From: Deltaproteobacteria bacterium
GTDB lineage: Bacteria; Myxococcota_A; UBA9160; SMWR01
DNA length: 64,000 nt
Direction of reading: 5' to 3'
Assembly: GCA_032128115.1 (NCBI GenBank)
Contig: JAQBHB010000082.1
Span: 24,781 to 88,780 of the forward strand
In this document: one piece after another, positions 1-8,909 of the stretch
Layout: each line of letters begins with the position of its first letter
Position numbering within the stretch: position 1 is the first letter of the stretch
Made by a program: the position numbers and the translations under genes
Notes under the pieces: generated by a model
The model's database searches: none
Told to the model about the DNA's origin: nothing
Seen by the model: only the letters and a program-made list of their open reading frames with translations

Positions 1-482
1 TGACCGATCGAGTCGGAATCGTCGGCGATCACGGGGAAGTCGATGCCCTGGGAGTTCACGAACTCCAACAGCTGGTTGCGGTTGGGGCGTCGCGCGACGC
101 CCAGGATTGCGAAGTTGTGCTTGCCCCGGAGCGGGGCGATGCGGGCTACCGCCTCGGTGACGGTGGCTGCGTCTCCGAACGACGGGTCGAAGAAGTAGAT
201 CAGCAGGCGCTTGCCGACGAACGAGGATACCGAGATGCGCTCGCCTTCCAGGGTCCAGCCCGAAAAGGCGGGCAGCGGCTTCTCCTTGCGCGCCTCGGGC
301 TCCGGGCGGGCGGCGGCCGGCGCGATCTCTCCGCTCGGCTCGGGCTGCGCCGACGGGGTCGACCCCGCCCCTGCCCGGGCAGTCCCGTCCTCCTGCGCGC
401 CACACGCCAACGCGCCCCAGGCGAGCCACAGGCCGATCACGGCCGCAAGCGCTGCATGCCTCGAGCGCACGCAGCGCAGCAT
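1..482 (-). CDS. Redoxin/thioredoxin-fold (AhpC/TSA-like) lipoprotein, 3' end beyond the window edge
   Basis: Hand translation from ATG 482: MLRCVRSRHAALAAVIGLWLAWGALAC (lipobox-like), Pro/Ala linker, then KPLPAFSGWTLEGERISVSSFVGKRLLIYFFDP...FVNSQGIDFPVIAD, a redoxin pattern. No CxxC in this part. Confidence 0.65.
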   Translation of the reverse strand, partial: MLRCVRSRHAALAAVIGLWLAWGALACGAQEDGTARAGAGSTPSAQPEPSGEIAPAAARPEPEARKEKPLPAFSGWTLEGERISVSSFVGKRLLIYFFDPSFGDAATVTEAVARIAPLRGKHNFAILGVARRPNRNQLLEFVNSQGIDFPVIADDSDSIG

Positions 483-544
483 AAGAGCCGCCCGAGGCCG
501 GAGCAACCGCAAGCGACCGCCTGGCCCGAGCGCGATTCAGTAAC

Positions 545-1025
545 CAATTGACCTTTTCCAGGATGTGGATTCCGCACGCGCTGCCGAGTCCGATCACGTG
601 GGCGAGGCCCAGACGGGCGCCCTCCACCTGGCGCTCCCCGGCCTCACCTCGCAGGTGGGTGCTGACCTCGTAGATGTTCGCAACGCCCGTGGCGCCCAGG
701 GGGATGGCCCTTGGACAGCAGACCGCCGGAGACGTTCACGGGGATGCGGTCGCCGTGAGAACTCTCGCCCTGGTCGATCATCTTGCCCGCCTCGCCGTCT
801 GCGCACAGACCCAGGTTCTCGTAGTGGAGAATCTCGGCGGTGGCGAAGAAGTCGTGCAGCTCCACCTGGTCGCGCTCGGTGAAGGAATTCGGGTACGCGA
901 TCATTTCGGCGTTCATCACCATGTCGAGCGGCGTCTCCTTCTGGTACATGGACTTGGGATTCCGCGTCGAGTGATGGTGGTTCTTGACCGAGACCTTGGC
1001 GAACTGCTCGAAGCTGGTGCCGTAC
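545..1025 (-). pseudogene. Thiolase (SCP-x/lipid-transfer type) remnant
   Basis: Pieces YGTSFEQFAKVSVKNHHHSTRNP, VELHDFFATAEILHYENLGLC and VNVSGGLLSKGHP. After a +1 frameshift near 697-703 it reads LGATGVANIYEV...QVEGARLGLAHVIGLGSACGIHILEK. The N-terminus and central region are missing. Confidence 0.75.
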
Positions 1026-1295
1026 GGATCTTCTCGGGATCCGGCTCGATGTTGATCAGGTTGCCCTTCAGCGTGCCTCCACCCTCGAGATCCACGATGG
1101 CCGACACGTAGGGAACCTCGACTCCCGGAAACGATCGGTGCACGATCGATTAGACGTAGAGCGTTCCCGTATTCGCGAGTTTTTTCGGCTCGAAGCCGTC
1201 GCGCGAGCCGCAGCTGGCACAGGTGGAGCGTGACCCCAGGAGAGATGGCGCTGCAGCTCCTGCAGCTCAGGCCTTCAAGATAAGGATCGCCCTGG
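1026..1295 (-). pseudogene. DUF35 Zn-ribbon/OB-fold protein remnant (thiolase partner)
   Basis: Reads GDPYLEGLSCRSCSAI/frameshift/LGSRSTCASCGSRDGFEPKKLANTGTLYV*SIVHRSFPGVEVPYVSAIVDLEGGG: two CxxC pairs, an in-frame TAA near 1150, and joined directly onto the thiolase fragment. Confidence 0.7.
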
Positions 1296-1317
1296 TCGCG
1301 AAGGCCCGAGGGCCGAA

Positions 1318-1833
1318 CTACCGGCTGATCTTCGCGCGGGTGTCCTTCAGCTGGGACTTGAAGAACTCGTTGTCCGGCTCGAAGGTGAGTGCCGTCTGGA
1401 GATTTCGGACGGCAGCCGCGTAGTCCTTCCGACGCAGGTCGGTCTCGGCCAGATTGTAGTACTGGCGGCCCTGGGGCGTCCGCCCCTTGTCCTCGGCGGC
1501 CAGACGGTCGGCCTCGGCTTCCGCCTCGGCCAGCTGGATCCGGTTGCCGCTCCCGTTCTCCAGGCGCTGCAGGTAGGCCTTGTTGCGGCGTGGATCCCGC
1601 AGCACCGAGTAGGCCTCGGTGATGCGCTTGGCGATCTTCGCCACGGCCGTCTGCAGATCTCCGGAAAGGTGGCGGTTCACGTCCGGGTGGAATGCCCGCG
1701 AGCTGTAGTAGTAGGCCTTGCGCACCTCGTTGGTGCTGGCGTCGCGCCCCACGTGCAAGAGCTGGTAGTAGTCCAGATCGTCGATGATCTGGGCGAGCGC
1801 TTCGATCTCGGTGGGGGCCGCGTCTGAAGCCAT
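1318..1833 (-). CDS. DnaJ-domain protein with C-terminal TPR
   Basis: DYYQLL...VRKAYY...FHPD J-domain, followed by the TPR-like GRQYYNLAETDLRRKDYAAAVRNLQTALTFEPDN; lies 3 nt downstream of the Hsp70 gene. Confidence 0.85.
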   Translation of the reverse strand: MASDAAPTEIEALAQIIDDLDYYQLLHVGRDASTNEVRKAYYYSSRAFHPDVNRHLSGDLQTAVAKIAKRITEAYSVLRDPRRNKAYLQRLENGSGNRIQLAEAEAEADRLAAEDKGRTPQGRQYYNLAETDLRRKDYAAAVRNLQTALTFEPDNEFFKSQLKDTRAKISR

Positions 1834-1836
1834 GGA

Positions 1837-3888
1837 TCAGTTCCGGTTTTCGTCGTCGTCGGGCAGCGACCCCGTGAGATCCATTCCGGATGAATCGAAC
1901 AGGGCGCCGGACCCGGTTTCCGTCTCGTCCGGCTCGGAAACGTCCAGGTCCGTCTCGTCGAGATCCGTCTCGACCAGATCGGAAACGTCGAGACCGGTCT
2001 CGTCCAGATCCATCTCGTCCTCGGTCCCGAGGAGCCTGTCGTTCGATGCGAGCGCCCCCCCTGCCCCCAGGGGCACCGGGTCGTTCGGATCGCCGTCGAG
2101 AATCTCGATGGAATCGTGGTCCGCGTCGCCGTCGAGCACGGTGATGGCCCCGTCGTCGGGCAGGGTTTCCAATCCGCTCTCTTCCAACTGCTGCATCCGG
2201 GCCTGGTGGAGGTCCACCGCCGTCACCTTCTTGAGCGCCACTGCCCCGATCATGACCGCGCTCTCGCGGGGATCTTCCGGAGGCGGCGCCAGGGCGTCGC
2301 CCAATTCGTCGGTGGCGATCGTCTCGAGCCGCTGCATGCGCGAGTCATCCATGATGTTCTGGATGTCGCCTTCGGAGAGCCCCGAAGACAGGGAGATCGT
2401 CGTCGACGCGTGCTGCCCGGTTTCGCGATCCTGGGCCGTGACGTTCACGATGCCGTCCGCGTTGATCTCGAAGGTGATGTCGATCTGCACCTCACCGCGG
2501 CGAGCTTTCTTGAAGCCCGAGAACTCGAATTGTCCAAGCAACTCGTTCTCGCCGGTCTGGCGCGACTCCCCCTGGAAGATCTGGATCTTCACCGACGCCT
2601 GGTTGTCGCGGAAGGTGGTGAAGGTGCGCATCTGCTCGATGGGAACCGGGGTGTTCCGCTCGATGATGGACTCGGCCAGTCCACCGGCCACGCCGACGCG
2701 CAGGGACAGGGGCGTCACGTCCAGCAGGTAGGCGCCCTGCACGTTGCTGGCCAGCGAGTTGGCGTAGATGGCGGCGCCCATGGCCACCACCTGGTCCGGG
2801 TCCACGTCAGCCTTGGGCTCCTGCTGGAAATACGCGCACACCGCATTGCGGATCACGGGCAGCCGCGTGGGGCCGCCCACCATGATCACGCCGCCCAGGT
2901 CGCGGGCCACCATGCCCGCGTTCTGGAGCGCCTCGTCGCAGACCTTGAAGGTCCGCTGGATCAGGTCCTTCACGAGTCCGGAGAATTCGTCCTCTGTGAT
3001 GGTGCGTTCGATGGAGAGGGGCTGGTCGTTGGCGTCGTGGATCACGTCCGGGATGCGCACTTCGACCTCGGTCTCTACCGAAAGGGCCTTCTTGGCGCCC
3101 TCGGCGGCGACCTTCAGCTTCTCCAGCGCGAAGGGATCGCTGCGCAGGTTGATCCCGTGCTGCTCGGAGAAGTCGTCGGCCAACAGGTCGATCAGGCGGT
3201 CGTCGAAGTCATCGCCACCCAGGAAGGTGTCGCCGCAGGTGGAGAGCACCTCGAAGACGTCCTCGCCGATCTCGAGGACGGAGATATCGAAGGTGCCGCC
3301 CCCCAGGTCGTAGACGGCGACGCGCTGGCTCAAGCCCTTGCCGAAGCCGTAGGCCAGGGCGGCCGCCGTCGGCTCGTTCAGGATCCGGAGCACCTCCAGG
3401 CCCGCGATGCGGCCGGCGTCGCGGGTGGCCTGGCGCTGGTTGTCATTGAAGTTCGCCGGAACCGTGATCACCGCCTTGTTCACCGGCTGGCCGATCCGGC
3501 TCTCGGCAATGGACTTCATCTCCCGCAACACCATGGCGCCGATCTCGGGCAGCGAGAATTCCTCTCCCCGGGCCTTGATTCGGATGCTGTGGTTCTCGCC
3601 CTCGACGATCTCGTAGGCGCAGATGGCGGAGGCCTTGTTCACCTCTTCGGAGAAGAAGTAACGGCCGATCAGCCGCTTGGCCGATGCGATGGTGTTCGTG
3701 GGATCGTGGATGAGGTTGGCTTTGGCCGAATTGCCCACCGAGATACTGCCATCGGGCCTGAAGGCCACCACGCTGGCCGTGGTCGCCTCGCCGTAGGCAT
3801 TGGACAGGACATGCAACTCGCCGTCGCGCATCACGGAGACGCACGAGTTGCTGGTGCCCAGGTCGATTCCGATCGCAATCTCGGCCAT
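1837..3888 (-). CDS. Hsp70/DnaK-family chaperone paralogue with acidic C-terminal tail
   Basis: GIDLGTSNS, NEPTAAALAYG, VYDLGGGTFDIS, VGGPTR and the LLDVTPLSL linker; SBD-beta present; D/E-rich tail in place of the helical lid. Confidence 0.9.
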   Translation of the reverse strand: MAEIAIGIDLGTSNSCVSVMRDGELHVLSNAYGEATTASVVAFRPDGSISVGNSAKANLIHDPTNTIASAKRLIGRYFFSEEVNKASAICAYEIVEGENHSIRIKARGEEFSLPEIGAMVLREMKSIAESRIGQPVNKAVITVPANFNDNQRQATRDAGRIAGLEVLRILNEPTAAALAYGFGKGLSQRVAVYDLGGGTFDISVLEIGEDVFEVLSTCGDTFLGGDDFDDRLIDLLADDFSEQHGINLRSDPFALEKLKVAAEGAKKALSVETEVEVRIPDVIHDANDQPLSIERTITEDEFSGLVKDLIQRTFKVCDEALQNAGMVARDLGGVIMVGGPTRLPVIRNAVCAYFQQEPKADVDPDQVVAMGAAIYANSLASNVQGAYLLDVTPLSLRVGVAGGLAESIIERNTPVPIEQMRTFTTFRDNQASVKIQIFQGESRQTGENELLGQFEFSGFKKARRGEVQIDITFEINADGIVNVTAQDRETGQHASTTISLSSGLSEGDIQNIMDDSRMQRLETIATDELGDALAPPPEDPRESAVMIGAVALKKVTAVDLHQARMQQLEESGLETLPDDGAITVLDGDADHDSIEILDGDPNDPVPLGAGGALASNDRLLGTEDEMDLDETGLDVSDLVETDLDETDLDVSEPDETETGSGALFDSSGMDLTGSLPDDDENRN

Positions 3889-3924
3889 GGTTCCCCGCAC
3901 GCGGGGCCCCCCCCGGTATCCCTG

Positions 3925-3952
3925 GTATCGGCAAAAGGGGAGCCCAGCTGAG
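3925..3952 (-). promoter_or_regulatory. Putative sigma28/FliA-like promoter of the hsp70-J pair
   Basis: Minus strand CTCAG-N15-GCCGATAC, 37 nt upstream of ATG 3888. Confidence 0.5.
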
Positions 3953-4121
3953 GCCCTTCAGGCATTTTCATGAGGCACCCGGGGGATTTCGGGCGGCGGC
4001 ACCGCTGCGATGCCCGGTGCCTCGTGCTACCTAGGCCGCTGAACTGAGCTCAGGCGCGCTTTGGGGCGCGGATCCCGGCCTCGTCGCCGGCCTCCTTGCA
4101 CGGGATCCCCCGGGGTTCGAC

Positions 4122-4871
4122 ATGTCCGGCCATTCCAAGTGGTCCACGATCAAGCGCAAGAAGGGTGTCGCCGACGCCAAGCGGGGCAAGATCTTCACGA
4201 AGCTGATCCGCGAGATCGCCACGGCCGCCCGCATCGGCGGCGGCGACCCGGCTGCCAATCCGCGCCTGCGCCTGTCCGTGGACAGGGCCCGCGTGGCCAA
4301 CATGCCCAAGGACAACATCGAGCGGGCCATCAAGAAGGGCACGGGCGGGGGCGAGGGCGCAGCCTATGAAGAGGTGGTCTACGAGGGCTACGGACCCGGC
4401 GGCGCCGCCCTCTACTTGGAGACCCTCACCGACAACAAGAATCGGACGGTGGGCGAGGTTCGCCACGTGCTCACCAAGTACGGCGGCAACCTGGGGGCCA
4501 GCGGCTGTGTGGCCTACCTGTTCGAGAAGCGCGGGCTGATCAGCTTCGACCGCGACGGCCTCGATGCGGACGCCCTGCTGGAGGCGGCCCTGGAAGCCGG
4601 GGCCGAGGACGTGGAGGAGGGGGACGACGCCATCGAGGTAGTGGCCACCCTCGCCGGGTTCGAGCAGACCCGCCGGGAACTCGCGAGGCGCGGCTTCCAG
4701 CCTGCCAGCGCCGCGATCAGCATGGAACCCAGCACGAAGGTTCGCCTGGAAGGGTCCGTGGCCGAGTCCATGCTGCGCCTCAGCGACGCCCTGGAAGATC
4801 TGGACGATGTCCAGAACGTGTACGCCAACTTCGACATCTCCGACGCGGAGATGGCCCGGATCGCCGGCTGA
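4122..4871 (+). CDS. yebC: YebC/PmpR family regulator
   Basis: [15 protein letters not shown]...YEGYGPGG...TDNKNRT...DDVQNVYAN; usual position upstream of ruvC. Confidence 0.95.
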   Translation: MSGHSKWSTIKRKKGVADAKRGKIFTKLIREIATAARIGGGDPAANPRLRLSVDRARVANMPKDNIERAIKKGTGGGEGAAYEEVVYEGYGPGGAALYLETLTDNKNRTVGEVRHVLTKYGGNLGASGCVAYLFEKRGLISFDRDGLDADALLEAALEAGAEDVEEGDDAIEVVATLAGFEQTRRELARRGFQPASAAISMEPSTKVRLEGSVAESMLRLSDALEDLDDVQNVYANFDISDAEMARIAG

Positions 4872-4978
4872 CCTAGACTCCGCGCACCCCCCAAGGCTTG
4901 TCGTCCGGCGGCGCTCTGCCGAGGTCCCTGCCAAGGGGCCCTGCCACGGCCGAAAAACGGTGGAAAAGCGGGGGGGTC

Positions 4979-5527
4979 ATGCGGATTCTGGGGATCGATC
5001 CCGGCTCGGTGGTGACGGGCTTCGGAGTCGTGGACCACGTGGAGGGACGTCTGGTGCACGTGGCGTCCGGCACCGTGCGGCCGCGGCGGACGGGTTCACC
5101 GGCGGCGCGCCTCGACGAGATCTACCGCGCCCTTCACGGGGTGATCCGGGACCACACCCCCGACGTGGCGGCGGTGGAGCAGGTTTTCGTGGCGGCTAGC
5201 CCCCACTCGGCTCTGGTGCTGGGGCAGGCCCGGGGCGCGGCACTGGCAGCCATCGGCGGCTGCGGGGTGGCGTTGACCGAGTACGCGGCCACCCGCATCA
5301 AGCAGGCCGTCACCGGCAGCGGGCGAGCGGGCAAGCGTCAGGTCCAGACCATGGTGCGCCGGCTCCTGGTCCTGGACCACTCTCCCCCGGTGGATGCCTG
5401 CGATGCCCTGGCGGCCGCCATCTGTCACGCCCAATCGCGCCGTCTGGTTTCGCTGGGCGCGGCGCCGAAGCGTCCGCGGCGGTTCACCCTGCGGGAGGTG
5501 CAGGCGCGCGCCAGGCGCAGCCCGTGA
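4979..5527 (+). CDS. ruvC: Holliday junction resolvase RuvC
   Basis: [46 protein letters not shown]. Confidence 0.95.
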   Translation: MRILGIDPGSVVTGFGVVDHVEGRLVHVASGTVRPRRTGSPAARLDEIYRALHGVIRDHTPDVAAVEQVFVAASPHSALVLGQARGAALAAIGGCGVALTEYAATRIKQAVTGSGRAGKRQVQTMVRRLLVLDHSPPVDACDALAAAICHAQSRRLVSLGAAPKRPRRFTLREVQARARRSP

Positions 5528-6140
5528 TCGCACGACTGGAGGGCGTGCTGCTGGAGCTGGCCCCGACCCGCATCGTCGTCGACGTGAGCGGGGTGGGTTA
5601 CGAGGTTTTCGTCCCGCTCTCCACGTTCGCCGAGCTTCCCGATCCGGGGAAGTCCGTGGCGCTCCAGATTCACACCCATGCTCGCGAAGGGGCGATCCAG
5701 CTGTTCGGATTCCACTCCACGGCGGAGCGGGTTGCATTCGAGCTGTTGCTGCGGGCCAGCCGTGTGGGACCCAAGCTGGCCCAGACGATTCTCTCCGGCA
5801 TCTCGCCGCGGGAGCTGCTCGACGCCATCCGGTCCGGCAATCTGGCGGTCCTGCGCGCGGCGCCCGGCGTGGGCACCAAGGTGGCCGAGAGGATCCTGGT
5901 GGAGCTGCGCGACCGGGTCCACGAGCTGGCCGCGGCGGTGACGCCCGAGGCAGGCGAGGCCGCGCCGGCCAACGGCTCGCTCGCGGGGTTGCGACTCCGG
6001 GACCAGACCCTGTCGGCGCTCGTCAATCTCGGCTACCCGAAGGCCCAGGCGGAGCGGGCGGTGGAGGCGGTCGGCGGCGACGTCGATCCGGATGCGAGCC
6101 TGGAGACCTGGGTGCGCCTGTCTTTGCGGAGGCTTGCCCG

Positions 6141-6144
<4 letters not shown>
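5524..6144 (+). CDS. ruvA: Holliday junction branch migration protein RuvA
   Basis: MIARLEG...VSGVGYEV...LFGF...[14 protein letters not shown]...ALVNLGY; overlaps the ruvC stop. Confidence 0.95.
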
Positions 6145-7168
<1,024 letters not shown>

Positions 7169-7172
<4 letters not shown>

Positions 7173-8728
7173 GGGCCGACGACGTCTGCGTCGGCTTCGA
7201 AGGCGCGCAGGGCGGGTCTCGTACCGGGAAGGGTTCCGCGATTGCGCATCACGCGCACGGTTCCCTGGCCGTCGCGCGGATCCCAGAGCATCAGGTCGTC
7301 AAGGCCATCACCGTCCAGGTCGCCCACCGCGTACTCGGTGGCACCGCTCAGATCCTGCTCCGCCACGGGCGAGCCGAAGCGCGGCCCCTCGGGCCCCTGG
7401 GCGCCGAGTCGGATCCCCAACTGCCGGGCCCCGACCCCGTACAGGAGATCGGGTCGGCCATCGCCGTTCCAGTCGCCGTCCACGTTGGGCAGGATGTCGG
7501 CGATGCGACCCCGGGCCAGGTCGAGCCGCAGGGTGACACTGCCCTCCCAGGTTCGCTGGAACTTCCCGGCCGATGCGTCGACGCTGTAGGTGGCCAGCTC
7601 GAGTTGGGTGCTCCGTGATGTGAGCATCCGGAACACCTGGCCGATGCCGAACTTCAGGCTGGTCTGCAGGAACTCGGGTCGGCCGTCGCCGTCGAGGTCC
7701 ATCACTCGGATCGACGCCATGCCCGTGTCCATCGCCAGGCGCAGGTCGGGGCCCCCGTCGAGCGAGACGCCGTCGCCGCGGTTGCGGTAGACCTCGGTCA
7801 GGTGGTGGCTGCCGATCAGGGTGCCGGCGCCCGTGTCCACCAGCAGATCCGCAATCCCGTCGCCGTCCACGTCGCCGGCCAGGGTGCGGATGCCGGTGGT
7901 GTCGTGACGCAGCTCCTCGTCGGCATCGAAGGGTCGCAGGACCAGGCGCCGGGACGGCTGAGCCGGCAGCCCGTCGGGCCCCATGTGATAGATCCAGACG
8001 GCGTAGCGCGACAGGGCGAACAGGTCGTCGAGTCCGTCGCCATTGTCGTCCGCCAGCTTCAGGTGGGGCCACTGGATCTCGGCGGTGAGCAGGCCGTCGT
8101 GGGCCGGGGGATCGCTGTCGGGGGTGCGGTAGTGGGCCAGGAGGGGCAGGGCCACGGGGCGCGTTTCGCGGCCATCGAAATCCACGAGCAGACCGCCGCC
8201 CGCCGTGGGCACCAGCGCAAGGGGTCGGCCGTTGCCGTTCCAGGCGTCTACCAGGTGCATGCGCGAGAGTTCCCGGGTGCGGGCCGGTAGCGGCGCCGGG
8301 AAGGGGAGCGCGATCGTGCGGTTGCGCGCCGGATCGCGCGGCACCCGGATCTCGAGGGCCGCAGCACTCAGCAACACGATTTCGAAGCCCGGCGCCGGGT
8401 CCACGTCCGCCACGTCGAAGGCCACCACGGGTTCGGGAATCGGGATCTGCTCGCCAATCCCGGTCGGGAGCCCCGGGACCGGCTCGCAGGCGAAGACCGT
8501 GAGGCTCCGTTCCTCATCCGGCGGATGGCCCCGAACCGAGGCCGCCAGCCAACCCTGGGCATCTGGGGCGCATCGGCCCAGCGGGGCCGGAACCACTTGG
8601 AGAACCCGGCCCGGCAGTTGGATCTGCGTTTCCTCGAATGGCTGCTTCTCGACCGCCGCGAGGCCGGTCAGGGCGGCGACGATCACAAGGGCGATCCGGA
8701 GCGGAGATGCCCTGCGGGGAGGGGTCAC
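7169..8728 (-). CDS. Secreted FG-GAP/VCBS-repeat protein
   Basis: N-terminal signal/anchor and repeated DxNGDGxxD motifs ([49 protein letters not shown]). Confidence 0.8.
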
Positions 8729-8771
8729 GAATGCGCAGTTTAGGCGAGCCCGCGGCCGTCTGAACGATCAA

Positions 8772-8815
8772 AGCGAGGTCTGGGTGCTCATAGCGAGGTC
8801 TGGACGCTCATAGCG
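8772..8815. repeat. 20-bp tandem direct repeat in a divergent promoter region
   Basis: agcgaggtctgggtgctcat / agcgaggtctggacgctcat / agcg (18 of 20 identical). Confidence 0.85.
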
Positions 8816-8835
8816 GAAACGGGCTTCGCCGATAC
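8808..8835 (+). promoter_or_regulatory. Putative sigma28/FliA-like promoter of the kinase gene
   Basis: TCATA-N15-GCCGATAC. Confidence 0.4.
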
Positions 8836-8909
8836 GACAAGAGCCGGCGCTGCGGGCAGCGACCCGGCACTGCGCCCCACATGCGGGGGGGAGGCATTTC
8901 GGGAGCAGC

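Noticed and set aside
1837..3888. Canonical dnaK
   Set aside because: No helical lid, no adjacent grpE or class A dnaJ; the symbol is withheld.
2116..3951. 611-aa ORF antisense to the Hsp70 gene
   Set aside because: Familiar antisense shadow of high-GC dnaK-type genes; no independent motifs.
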